From contig NC_003364.1 in assembly GCF_000007225.1 (NCBI RefSeq), positions 660,001 through 692,000 of the forward strand: DNA of 32,000 bases, written 5' to 3'. Shown one piece after another: positions 8,369 to 17,299 of the stretch. Position 1 is the stretch's first letter. Each line of letters opens with the position of its first letter. The DNA is from Pyrobaculum aerophilum str. IM2 (GTDB lineage Archaea; Thermoproteota; Thermoprotei; Thermoproteales; Thermoproteaceae). The notes beneath the pieces were generated by a model. The model saw only the letters and a list, made by a program, of their open reading frames with translations, was not told where the DNA came from and ran no database searches. A program made the position numbers and the translations under genes.

Positions 8369-8417
8369 TCAGCAAGGGAGACCTAAGTCACCGCTCCACA
8401 GGGTGTGTTTTCATCAC
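8369..8417 (-). ncRNA. Candidate C/D box sRNA (2'-O-methylation guide)
   Basis: The minus strand reads GTGATGA(C)-12 nt-TGGA(D')-GCG-GTGACTT(C')-12 nt-CTGA(D). This is the exact 7-12-4-3-7-12-4 archaeal C/D architecture, with perfect C and D boxes and degenerate internal boxes. Short AT-rich flanks could form a terminal stem. The element lies in an intergenic gap. Confidence 0.5.
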
Positions 8418-8659
8418 CATATATTTATCTACGAGCTGGCATATATCTGTAAAGGTTGCCGTGGGAGAGCGGCGAAATCCCCTTAAACCCATTCCGCACA
8501 GCGCCTCGCTTTATGCGCATAAAGAGGGCGCGGGTGGGGCGGCCGCGCGCAGTGGGCCTTATCCAGCCCCTTTGTTCCACGCCGTTAGAACAACTGTTCT
8601 TAACCTACACGGCGTAATTGCTCCGCATAGCTTGGGGAGGGGCTATTGTCAAAATGCCG

Positions 8660-9361
8660 TCACTGGCCGGGAGCGGCTTTCGGAGTCCAGCTAGACGCGT
8701 CTTTGTATGATAACATTTCAATTACGTAGGCAATAAGCCCCAAGACCCCTGCTAAAATGTTGAGGTAGGGGATGAGGAGGATAATGACAGTCACCAGATA
8801 CATTATCCACGACGTGCGAAACAGCGGGAGGCCTGTGTATTTATTCATGTAGTTGAGGAATAGTATTTTAAAGACGAATAAGACAATGCCAAAGGCCAGG
8901 AGGAGGTACTGCAAAATCACTAACGGGAGCGCTACCGCCATCGCGCCCGCCATCCCTGCCCAGGAGGGAATGCCGGTTGCGATCATGGCGAGCAGGGCGT
9001 TTGGAAATACTACAGCGGCGCCCAGATACGCCACTGCTAATATGGCGTAGATAATCGGCCCCCATGCCATCCACCATGCCCATTTAATGCCCAGTCTGTG
9101 AAGCGCCATATAGCCCTTGAAATGGAATTTGAAGAATATCACCAGGGCCGCCACCATAAGGGCCAGCCCTCCGCCTATGACAGCCGCCATCACAGTGAAA
9201 ATATTTACTGAGGGCCTGCCGGGGAAGGGCATCAGGAGTGAAGACAGAAGGGCAAATAATAGAACGAAGTAAGCTATCATCCCCGCGATCATTGTGATTA
9301 ACATGTAGAGATACCCCTTGTATAATACGTTATTTGCCTCTTGGAAATTCATATTATTCAA
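8660..9361 (-). CDS. Multi-pass integral membrane protein
   Basis: 233 aa, almost entirely hydrophobic helices. An AT-rich promoter-like stretch lies upstream (9362-9385). Confidence 0.7.
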   Translation of the reverse strand: MNNMNFQEANNVLYKGYLYMLITMIAGMIAYFVLLFALLSSLLMPFPGRPSVNIFTVMAAVIGGGLALMVAALVIFFKFHFKGYMALHRLGIKWAWWMAWGPIIYAILAVAYLGAAVVFPNALLAMIATGIPSWAGMAGAMAVALPLVILQYLLLAFGIVLFVFKILFLNYMNKYTGLPLFRTSWIMYLVTVIILLIPYLNILAGVLGLIAYVIEMLSYKDASSWTPKAAPGQ

Positions 9362-9741
9362 TTGGGAGGAATATTTATTCTTTACTCCAAAAGTATCTGT
9401 GTTGCTTTATTAGCGTTAAATTCGCCTAACAAAAGCCCTCTCAAGGCGTCGTGGGGCAATTAGCCAAGTCGGGCAACTTGTCCTCTTTCACGTCGGGGGA
9501 TCCAGTTTAGGGCCTCTGTATGACGCCTTTCGCAGGGCGGCGCTAAAGGCCGTAAGTACGCAGTTCCTCACATCCGGCGCGTGCAGTTAGCGTCTTTTAG
9601 AAACGGCCATAGATGCCGCCGTAATAAGGCGGCCTGCGGGCAACGGCGATAGAGGGAATATATAGGCCGGTAGGCAGGCGCCTCTTATAGGCTGGGATGC
9701 GTTGGGAGCGCGGCAGGCCGGGCCGTCAGCGCTTTTAATTC

Positions 9742-10506
9742 TCACCTTGTAGAGCTCCGCGCGCTGAGCCCCTCTAGGCATTCCTTTTCCACAGGGCCCA
9801 GCCTTGACGGGACTATGAACACCGCAGGCCCTTCTAAATCGCTACGTGCAATCTCGCCCAGAGTAGCGTATACGGCAGAGCCTCCCCAGCCCACTTTGTA
9901 CACTACCACTATGGGCAAGTCCTCTTTAAACAAGCCCCTCCCAACTCTCTCTTCTAGTTGTAACAAAACTTCGGCGCCCTCTCTAGGGGGCATAAATCTC
10001 CCGTCTTCTCTGACGTCCAGAAGTAACAGCGTGTGAAGACCTCTTTGCAAGTTCTGTTCCACGAGGTCGTATGGCCTGGTGGAGTAAACCCCCCCTCTTG
10101 GGTAGGTCACAGTGGCCACTCCCCCCAATTTATATATTGAGAGGCAACTTAATGAAAATGCGGCACATATAATTGAAACGCCGGGCACCACCTCCACTCT
10201 GTACCCCCGCCTCCTCGCCAGAGCCAGTATTGCGGCATGGGCCGTGGCCAACATGGGATCGCCCCCAGTTACTAACACGGCCCTTTTCCCCTCTTTTAGG
10301 CACTCAAATATCTTCCGCCCGGAGTGATCTTCTAAATCCGCCCTGGTGAGCCTGATGGGCTCCCCCCTGGCCAGTCTCCTCAGCGCCTCCACGTCGAGGG
10401 GGGCCGTGTAGTCTTCATAAAATACACAGTCGGCGTTTTTTATCGCCTCAGCCGCGGCCTCTGTCACATAGCCCCGCCCAGGGCCGAGCCCGACTAATGA
10501 AAGCAC
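9742..10506 (-). CDS. dphB: Diphthine synthase (tetrapyrrole-methylase fold)
   Basis: 254 aa. LSLVGLGPG...VFYEDYT, VLVTGGDPMLATAH and the overall length match archaeal Dph5/DphB. GTG 10504-10506 lies about 26 nt from an AT-rich TATA region (10517-10533). Confidence 0.9.
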   Translation of the reverse strand: MLSLVGLGPGRGYVTEAAAEAIKNADCVFYEDYTAPLDVEALRRLARGEPIRLTRADLEDHSGRKIFECLKEGKRAVLVTGGDPMLATAHAAILALARRRGYRVEVVPGVSIICAAFSLSCLSIYKLGGVATVTYPRGGVYSTRPYDLVEQNLQRGLHTLLLLDVREDGRFMPPREGAEVLLQLEERVGRGLFKEDLPIVVVYKVGWGGSAVYATLGEIARSDLEGPAVFIVPSRLGPVEKECLEGLSARSSTR

Positions 10507-10548
10507 ATCTTGACAAAGTTTTTATATTTTTAATATGTAAAGGTCGGA

Positions 10549-11028
10549 ATGTACGCCGTAGCTAGGCTACACGGCTATAGAGAAGAGGCGGGATTTAAGG
10601 CGTGGGTAGGGGCGGATCTGGCCAAGGCCTTGGGGATTAGAGTAGGCGACGGCGTGAGAGTTGAGAGTAAGAGTGGAGTCTCATCGGCGCGTGTGGCCGG
10701 GGTTAGCGAGGAAATTAGGGCTGGGGTCTTACTTACCCTTGACGTCTATATGGCTGTGAGCGGCTTTCGGACAGTTCTCCTGAAGAAGCTGAATAGAGTT
10801 TATGAGGCGGAGTCGGCGGCTATTGGCATTGAGTCCATGCGCGTGCTAGATGCGGAACAGCTCATGAGGCTTATAAATATCGTCGTCGCCTATAGAGTGC
10901 CCGTATTTACCAACTTCACCGGGTTTCTCCAGACTGACGACGGAGCTTGGGTTAAGCTGATAATTAAGGGGGTCTCCCCTAGAGAGCCCGCCTATCTCTC
11001 CAAGGAGACTAAAATATGGATTAGGTAG
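10549..11028 (+). CDS. Hypothetical protein, possibly a stand-alone CDC48/VAT N-domain-like fold
   Basis: 159 aa. The pattern LGIRVGDGVRVES ... AWVKLIIKGVSPREPAYLSKETKIWI resembles the double-psi barrel plus beta-clam layout of VAT-N. TATA TTTTTATATTTTT (10519-10531) lies about 26 nt upstream of the ATG. Confidence 0.55.
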   Translation: MYAVARLHGYREEAGFKAWVGADLAKALGIRVGDGVRVESKSGVSSARVAGVSEEIRAGVLLTLDVYMAVSGFRTVLLKKLNRVYEAESAAIGIESMRVLDAEQLMRLINIVVAYRVPVFTNFTGFLQTDDGAWVKLIIKGVSPREPAYLSKETKIWIR

Positions 11029-11679
11029 TCAGTACGACTGAATTCTCCCGAAGTCGAATTTCAACAAGAGGAGCGGATCTGTGAAGTTTTTCAGCGAGGA
11101 AATTCTTTCGAGAAGTCTCGAGGCAAGGGCACCGCTTTTGTACATCTCCGCGGCCTTCTGGGGGCCGTGTCTCTCCACAATGCTGTTTAATTCATCTCTT
11201 ATTAGGTATTCGGCTATTTGCTCAACGCCGGCCACTTCGCCGTTTCTAATTAAATTTGCAATGACAAAGAGACGTAGCTCTGTCAAGTTTATTTTCTTCA
11301 GCACCTCTTCCAAGGCGCTGTTCCATTTTACTGACTGAGTAGCTTTTTTAAACTCCTCCTCTGAAAAAACAAGCCTAACCCTCTGGTTCCACTTAAGTTT
11401 CCACAAATTAAACCACTCGTTGGCTATATCCCACAGCTTGTTCCACATTTTCTCAACATACATACACAGGCGTAGCCGCGCGTTGTTCTCTGAAAACCTC
11501 TTCCAGTTATATATACCCGCCCTCGTAGCTAAATAGTGCATGAAGTCTCTAAATACAAATTCCCTTATGGCATCTAACTCCCCCCTCGGCATGTCCCCAA
11601 AGTGTTCTCTCACCAACTCGCTCAGCATTGAATCTACGGCCGCTGCAGCGGCGTCGAAGTCGCAATAGTAATAACCCAT
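11029..11679 (-). CDS. Hypothetical Trp-rich protein with a possible C-terminal wHTH
   Basis: 216 aa. A TATA-like motif (TTTAAATATG on the minus strand, 11696-11705) lies about 25 nt upstream of ATG 11677-11679. GC content is lower than in the neighbouring genes. The segment LRLFVIANLIRNGEVAGVEQIAEYL is HTH-like. Confidence 0.6.
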   Translation of the reverse strand: MGYYYCDFDAAAAAVDSMLSELVREHFGDMPRGELDAIREFVFRDFMHYLATRAGIYNWKRFSENNARLRLCMYVEKMWNKLWDIANEWFNLWKLKWNQRVRLVFSEEEFKKATQSVKWNSALEEVLKKINLTELRLFVIANLIRNGEVAGVEQIAEYLIRDELNSIVERHGPQKAAEMYKSGALASRLLERISSLKNFTDPLLLLKFDFGRIQSY

Positions 11680-11708
11680 GGATAGAATCCAATTCCATAT
11701 TTAAAGAC

Positions 11709-12479
11709 TTAACTCTCCCACATGGCCAGGGCCTCGCCGGCGGCTCTCAAAGCCGCGGCGTGCGCGGAGAGGTGTCTGCTCTTTGAGAGAAAGTAAACAT
11801 ATGCCTTTCTCAAAGCCGAGAAATCCACTTCAAATTTTACGTCGTAAACTATGTCGAGAAGCACTAAGCCTTCAGCCGGGGCGCTGGGGACGGCGCCAGG
11901 CCTGGGCTTTTTTAACAAATCGGCTAAATCGTCGACGCTTAACACTCCCCTCCCAGCCGCCAACAAGGCCCAGGCCATTTTCCTAATCATTTTATTCCTA
12001 AACCCCCTCCCCGCGAAGTAAATGAATATCAAGTCTCCCCTCAACGTGACGTCAATGTCGTAAACCGTGGTCACAGTTGGCGTGTGTTTCTCGCCGCGGA
12101 GTTGAATAAACGAACTGTAGTCGTGAGTGCCCGTGAGCAATTTAGCGGCCTCACGCATAACATCAACGTCCTCTCCCCAATGGGGGGCGACGTATAAATA
12201 ACGCCTTAGTTTAGCCCTCCTCGGGTTAAATCCCTCTGGCACCTCGGCGATTCCCCACGCCCAAGCTCCTTTTGGCATTTTAGAATTGACATAGCCTAGC
12301 GCCATTTTCCTCCCGGTCATAACTACGTTGCCCACCGCCGAAACTCCAGGGTCAGTTCTGCTACCACGCCCAAGTATTTCGCCGAAGATGAGCCTTAGGC
12401 GTGGCTCTAAGGAATTGGGGTGTCCGGTAAAGCCGTAGAACATAGTGCCGTCGTAAGCAATGCGGTATAAGTAAGGCAT
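11709..12479 (-). CDS. truA: tRNA pseudouridine synthase A (positions 38-40)
   Basis: 256 aa. IAYDGTMFYGF and the catalytic-Asp motif GRGSRTDPGVSAVGNVV are TruA signatures. Confidence 0.9.
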   Translation of the reverse strand: MPYLYRIAYDGTMFYGFTGHPNSLEPRLRLIFGEILGRGSRTDPGVSAVGNVVMTGRKMALGYVNSKMPKGAWAWGIAEVPEGFNPRRAKLRRYLYVAPHWGEDVDVMREAAKLLTGTHDYSSFIQLRGEKHTPTVTTVYDIDVTLRGDLIFIYFAGRGFRNKMIRKMAWALLAAGRGVLSVDDLADLLKKPRPGAVPSAPAEGLVLLDIVYDVKFEVDFSALRKAYVYFLSKSRHLSAHAAALRAAGEALAMWES

Positions 12480-12505
12480 ATAACCATTGTAAAATTTCGC
12501 TTTTA

Positions 12506-13195
12506 ATGCTATACTTCCGGAGGGCGACGGAAGACGACGTGCCGGAAATAGTGTCTTTCACCATGGATACGTGGGAATGGGGGGACTACATCCCCCGAGT
12601 TATAGGCAGGTGGGTGGCCGAGCGCAGGGCCTATGTGGCGGTGTGGAGCGGGAGAATAGCTGCAGTCGCCGCGATGTTGCTAATTGGGAAGTCGGCTTAT
12701 TTACAAGGGCTTAGAGTGAGGCCGGAGTTAAGAGGGCGTGGAATAGGCGAAGCGATGACAAGGTTTCTACTAGACGAGGCCAAGAGGGGAGGGGCCTCAA
12801 TTGCAACTCTCCTAGTCGCCGAGTGGAACGCGCCAAGCCACAAGCTGGTGCAGAAGGTGGGGTTTAAACTGCGGATGTACATATACGGCGGCAGGCCGCT
12901 CGGAAACTCCGGGGGAAGGTGTCTTAGCGGAGTTGAAGCCTATGAGGCAGTGGCTGAGGCGCTTGGGAAGAGCAGGGGCTATGCCTGCCTTCCGGACGAG
13001 CCGTGGGTGTGCACTGCGCTGACGCCTTGGGATCTCCTATCCCGCGGAACTCCTTGCGTTGACGAGTCGTTATACATCGGCAGGTTTTCCTTTGGTAAAG
13101 CGCGGGGCGATCCCGGAGTAGACGTCACCTCTCTAACGCCTGACGGGTATAAAGAGCGCTACGCAGCCCACTTTTTATACGCCATAGAGCTTTAA
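12506..13195 (+). CDS. GNAT-family N-acetyltransferase with a C-terminal extension
   Basis: Acetyl-CoA binding motif A is present: LRVRPELRGRGIGEAMTRFLLDEA. Confidence 0.8.
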   Translation: MLYFRRATEDDVPEIVSFTMDTWEWGDYIPRVIGRWVAERRAYVAVWSGRIAAVAAMLLIGKSAYLQGLRVRPELRGRGIGEAMTRFLLDEAKRGGASIATLLVAEWNAPSHKLVQKVGFKLRMYIYGGRPLGNSGGRCLSGVEAYEAVAEALGKSRGYACLPDEPWVCTALTPWDLLSRGTPCVDESLYIGRFSFGKARGDPGVDVTSLTPDGYKERYAAHFLYAIEL

Positions 13196-13218
13196 AAACC
13201 CGTTGCCCAGTGGGATTT

Positions 13219-13488
13219 ATGGAGCCGCGGTCTTTTTACGACGTTACAGAGGCCGAGGACAGGCGAGAACTAGCCCAGTGGATAAAGGCAGGGGTGTTTA
13301 ACTACGCAGTGTTAATTCCAGAGGACTTGCCCAAGGTCGAGATAGTGGAGACCTTCAAAATGGCTGGGTTTAACCACGTTGAAATAGACGACTCATCTTG
13401 GCCGCGGCGTATTGTAGTTAAGACGGAGGGCGGAAGCTATATCTTTAGAAAAATAGAAGAGGGCGTTTATAAAATCGAGAGAAGTTAG
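13219..13488 (+). CDS. Hypothetical small protein
   Basis: ATG 13219 lies about 26 nt downstream of TATA-like CTTTAAAAAC (13188-13197). An in-frame GTG at 13210 is the alternative start. I recognised no family. Confidence 0.45.
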   Translation: MEPRSFYDVTEAEDRRELAQWIKAGVFNYAVLIPEDLPKVEIVETFKMAGFNHVEIDDSSWPRRIVVKTEGGSYIFRKIEEGVYKIERS

Positions 13489-13598
13489 CCGATTAACAGT
13501 TTTTCCGCCGGTTTCTGTTCAACCAGTTCACCTCTTCGCCCACGCCCTTTCCACATCGTGGCGCCTCTGGTAGCCAGCTCCGTACGTGCCCAATGGGG

Positions 13599-14453
13599 TT
13601 AGTATATTTCTCCTAAGGCGTGAATTCCCAGCTCTCCCAGCCCCTTCTCCACCATCTTTTTATACAGCTCAAGGGCCAGCGCTGTTGCTGGTAGCGAGAG
13701 GCTTGCCCTATTGGCCAATTCCATAACGTAGGACAAGTCCTTTTTTAAATGCGCCGCTTTGAAACCCGGCGTCAAGTCGCCTTTTAATAACTTAGGCAAG
13801 TAGAGCTCAATTGACCCGGATCTCGCCGCGCCGCCGGTTAACACCTGTACCACTTTATCCATATCGAGACCAAGCGCCTTGGCGAGCCGTAGCCCCTCGA
13901 CCATAGCCACTGTATTCAACGCCGCTACTACTTGATTTACCAGCTTCATTGCTTGGCCGTAGCCCACGGGGCCTACGTACACAATGTTCTTGCCAAAGGC
14001 TTGAAACACTGGCAAAAGCCGTTTAAACAACTCCTCCTTTCCCCCAACCATAACCGTCAAAGTCCCCTCCACAGCCCCCTTCTGGCCGCCCGTGACCGGC
14101 GCGTCTAGGAACTCCACGCCGTACTGGGCCAGCCTTTCGGCAAAGCGGCGGGCCCAATCGGGAGAATTAGTAGACATGTCGACGACTATTAAGCCCGGCC
14201 TCGCCCCCTCGACAATGCCGCCGGGGCCGAAGAGGACTTGCTCGACATCCGGGGCGTCAGATACCATTATAATCACGACGTCAACTCTTTTTGCCAAATC
14301 CCCCGGCGATTGAGCCACGTAGACCCCCAGCTTTTCGAAAGGCTCGGCCTTTGCCCGCGTCCTGTTGTAAACTGCGGCAAGCAGGCCGGCTCTGTGGAGG
14401 TGCATAGCCATAGGCCCCCCCATTATGCCCAATCCCACAACCCCAACTCTCAT
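13599..14453 (-). CDS. NAD(P)-dependent beta-hydroxyacid dehydrogenase (3-hydroxyisobutyrate / 6-phosphogluconate dehydrogenase-like)
   Basis: N-terminal dinucleotide fold [19 protein letters not shown], then VDMST, DAPVTGG and GxGQxxKLVNQ-type segments. ATG 14451-14453 is preferred over the upstream TTG at 14468. Confidence 0.85.
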   Translation of the reverse strand: MRVGVVGLGIMGGPMAMHLHRAGLLAAVYNRTRAKAEPFEKLGVYVAQSPGDLAKRVDVVIIMVSDAPDVEQVLFGPGGIVEGARPGLIVVDMSTNSPDWARRFAERLAQYGVEFLDAPVTGGQKGAVEGTLTVMVGGKEELFKRLLPVFQAFGKNIVYVGPVGYGQAMKLVNQVVAALNTVAMVEGLRLAKALGLDMDKVVQVLTGGAARSGSIELYLPKLLKGDLTPGFKAAHLKKDLSYVMELANRASLSLPATALALELYKKMVEKGLGELGIHALGEIY

Positions 14454-14497
14454 GTGCGATAACGTCAATACATTTAAAACTGTTTTTTACTCCCCTT

Positions 14498-15901
14498 ATG
14501 CTTACCCCAGTAGTTTCCTACACCACCGTGAGAGAAGTCAAAGGGCCATTGATAGTGATTGAGAAGACGAGGGGAGTTTCATATGGCGAGGTGGGCGAGG
14601 TGATAGGACCCGACGGAGAGCCCAGACGGGTTCAAGTAATTGAGGTGGGGACTGACTACGCCGTGGCGCAAGTGCTGGGAGGCACTCTCGGCTTGCCGGC
14701 CAAGGGCTCTACTGTTAGGTTCTACGGGAAGACTTTGAAAATCCCCGTCTCTGAGCAACTAATCGGCAGAATACTCGACGGCAAAGGACAGCCGAGAGAT
14801 CACATGCCGTTGCCTCCTCCAGAGGACTTCCGCGACGTAAACGGAGAACCTCTTAATCCATACTCCAGGGAGTACCCAGAGGAGCCTATAGAAACTGGCA
14901 TTTCCGCAATAGACGGCTTATACACCTTAGTGAGGGGGCAGAAACTGCCCATTTTCTCCGGCACAGGCCTGCCTCACAACTTAATGGCGGCTCAAGTAGT
15001 GAGACAAGCGACAGTGAGGGGCAGCGAGGAGGAGTTCGCCGTTGTGTTCGTCGGCGTGGGCATAAAGACAGAGGAAGCCCTATTCTTCATGGACGAGTTT
15101 AGAAAGACCGGCGCTTTAAGGAGGGCCGTCGCCGTCCTAAACCTCGCCTCAGACCCTGTGGCTGAGCGCATCTTAGCCCCCCGCGTGGGGCTAACCATCG
15201 GGGAGTATCTAGCCTGGCAACTGGGCTATCACGTCCTCGTCGTAATTACAGACATGACTAATTACTGCGAGGGCTTGAGGGAGCTCTCCTCAGGCCGCGG
15301 CGAGTTGCCAGGACGGCGCGGCTACCCGGGCTATATGTACACAGACCTCGCCACGATATACGAGAGGGCTGGCAGAGCCCGCGGCAGGAGGGGCTCAGTC
15401 ACACAGTTCCCCATCCTCACTATGCCTCACGACGACATCACCCACCCCATCCCTGACTTAACTGGCTACATCACAGAGGGACAGCTGGTGTTAAGCCGCG
15501 CTATGTGGGGCAAGGGCATCTATCCTCCTTTTGACGTCATTATGTCCCTAAGCCGTCTCGCCAAAGACGCAATAGGCGAGGGCAAGACCCGCGAGGATCA
15601 CAAAGACGTGGCCAACACTCTCATAGCCGCCTATTCAAAGGCGCTTGAGATTAGGAACTTGGCCACGTTAGTGGGAGAGAGGAACTTAGGCTGGCGCGAA
15701 CGGCGCTACCTCAGATTCGCAGACGCCTTCGAGCAGAGGTTTATAAAACAGGGCTATTATGAGAGGCGCAGTTTTGAGGAGACGTTAGACATAGGCTGGG
15801 ACGTCCTATCAATACTCCCAGAGGACGAGCTCACCAACGCCCGGCCGCAGATAACGCAGAAATTCTACCGCAGACATATTTTCGAATCCGTCCAGTTGTA
15901 A
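14498..15901 (+). CDS. atpB: A/V-type ATP synthase subunit B
   Basis: 467 aa with long recognisable stretches, including [56 protein letters not shown] and LSRL. Confidence 0.95.
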   Translation: MLTPVVSYTTVREVKGPLIVIEKTRGVSYGEVGEVIGPDGEPRRVQVIEVGTDYAVAQVLGGTLGLPAKGSTVRFYGKTLKIPVSEQLIGRILDGKGQPRDHMPLPPPEDFRDVNGEPLNPYSREYPEEPIETGISAIDGLYTLVRGQKLPIFSGTGLPHNLMAAQVVRQATVRGSEEEFAVVFVGVGIKTEEALFFMDEFRKTGALRRAVAVLNLASDPVAERILAPRVGLTIGEYLAWQLGYHVLVVITDMTNYCEGLRELSSGRGELPGRRGYPGYMYTDLATIYERAGRARGRRGSVTQFPILTMPHDDITHPIPDLTGYITEGQLVLSRAMWGKGIYPPFDVIMSLSRLAKDAIGEGKTREDHKDVANTLIAAYSKALEIRNLATLVGERNLGWRERRYLRFADAFEQRFIKQGYYERRSFEETLDIGWDVLSILPEDELTNARPQITQKFYRRHIFESVQL

Positions 15902-15911
15902 CTCCCATCGA

Positions 15912-15916
15912 TTTTT
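15912..15916 (+). terminator. Oligo-T terminator after atpB
   Basis: A T5 run lies 10 nt after stop codon 15899-15901, followed by the palindrome TAGCGC-GACG-GCGCTA (15941-15956). Confidence 0.45.
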
Positions 15917-16072
15917 GAGGCTATTAGCCGCCGGAAGAGGTAGCGCGACGGCGCTAGGTAGTAATACGCGCCATCCGGTAAATGGGTTGTGGCTTTAAGT
16001 GAGGAGGTTTTGAGAACGGAGATTACGCTGGGCATGCGTTAATGATAGGGTAGGTAGCTCGCTACACGAGGA

Positions 16073-16624
16073 ATGGATATAAGTGGGGGAGAGGGGGTGT
16101 GCATGGAAGAGGAGATCATCCCAGTCTACGCCCAGGGATTTTACGTAGTGTCCCAGGGGGTTGTTAACATGATAATTATCTTCGACTATTTGGACAAGGG
16201 GCAGTATTACTACAAATTGCTTAAGAGAGGCGGAGAGGGGCTGTCCCGCGAAATAGCCACTGTGTGGGAGAATATGCAGAGGTTTATGGACGAGGAAATT
16301 GTTAGAGTCAACGGGGAGAGAGTTCGCCCTGTTCTCCACGAAGTGTACATAGCCTTGAGGGGATCTCCCACAAGGCCTTACATTACGTTTATAGGGTCTT
16401 TCCCCGCGCCGCTGAGGCCTGGGGAGAATCTTTATGAGAATTACTACGAGGAGGAAGTGGCCGAGTATGACTACGAGGCCGTGTGGATATTCCCCAAAGG
16501 CGCTGAGGTGTTGGAGTGGCACTTCGGCGGGGAGGTGGAGACGCCGGAGCCAAATATATTGCGAGTTGTCGTCGCCAAGGGTACTAACGTGGGCGGTAGA
16601 GAATATATAAAATTTAGGATGTAG
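16073..16624 (+). CDS. Hypothetical protein
   Basis: 183 aa with an acidic, Tyr-rich composition that reads like a real protein. The antisense ORF 15995-16522 is Pro/Arg/His-rich and looks spurious. TATA-like TTAATGATAGG lies about 28 nt upstream of ATG 16073. Confidence 0.5.
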   Translation: MDISGGEGVCMEEEIIPVYAQGFYVVSQGVVNMIIIFDYLDKGQYYYKLLKRGGEGLSREIATVWENMQRFMDEEIVRVNGERVRPVLHEVYIALRGSPTRPYITFIGSFPAPLRPGENLYENYYEEEVAEYDYEAVWIFPKGAEVLEWHFGGEVETPEPNILRVVVAKGTNVGGREYIKFRM

Positions 16625-16918
16625 CTCGCCCCCAATGGCGCACTTCCTCGCGAGTTTTACAGAAAAGCGGTGAATAGCGGGGAGATCTCGCCAGTCCCGC
16701 CCGGGCGTTTATATCGCCAACAGGGCGAGTGACGAGCTCCGCCGTCCTAAAGAGGCGCGAAAATACAATAAGGCGCTTTTATCACTTCCCCACAGCCTTG
16801 CCATCTGCCTAATGTGACAGTTCCGCCCACACGCTCGCCGCCAAGTCGAAGTTCCTCGCCGTCAAAGCCTTGCGATACGCGCCGCAAAGGGCTGTAATAC
16901 CCGGGCGTTTCGCGCAGA

Positions 16919-17299
16919 ATGTTATTAAAAATTGGCGTTTTATTTGACGTGGACGTGTGGTATAAATTGAGGTATCTTTGGGCCAGCCTCACCTACAGGG
17001 GGAGGCCTGTGGTTAGGCGAGTGCGTTATACAGAAGACATTGTGGAGGAGGTGGTGAGACACTGCCCAAGGCCGTACAGAATGATGTGTTTCGCCGCTGT
17101 GAGGGAGCTAAACCTCAGCCTCTCGGCCATAGCAGACGCCGGGAGAGACGTGCCAACCGCCGTGGCTCTGGCTCTGGAGGACGTCACCTCGGGGAGTCCG
17201 GACATGCCGCGGTTTTGGAAATACATAAGAACCGGCGACCCGGGCCCTGAGGCCGCGACCTTATTGCAAAAGTGGAGAAGTGCCTTTCGCCCCCGCTAA
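16919..17299 (+). CDS. Hypothetical protein (start uncertain)
   Basis: 126 aa. The stop overlaps the MNT gene stop (convergent). There is no clear promoter upstream of ATG 16919, and an internal TTATTAAAAATT suggests a later GTG start. Confidence 0.35.
   Translation: MLLKIGVLFDVDVWYKLRYLWASLTYRGRPVVRRVRYTEDIVEEVVRHCPRPYRMMCFAAVRELNLSLSAIADAGRDVPTAVALALEDVTSGSPDMPRFWKYIRTGDPGPEAATLLQKWRSAFRPR

Noticed and set aside
9437-9741. Specific assignment of the GC-rich unit as SRP RNA or Pyrobaculum type T RNase P RNA.
   Set aside because: I could not find the SRP helix-8 GGAA/AGCA motifs. The P4-like strands (AAAGGCCGU and AGAAACGGCCAUA) are only about 50 nt apart and pair imperfectly. I kept it as an unassigned ncRNA candidate.
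15995-16522. A 175-aa minus-strand ORF antisense to 16073-16624.
   Set aside because: Its Pro/Arg/His-rich composition is typical of antisense frames in GC-rich DNA. The plus-strand ORF has a TATA box at the right distance and a normal composition.
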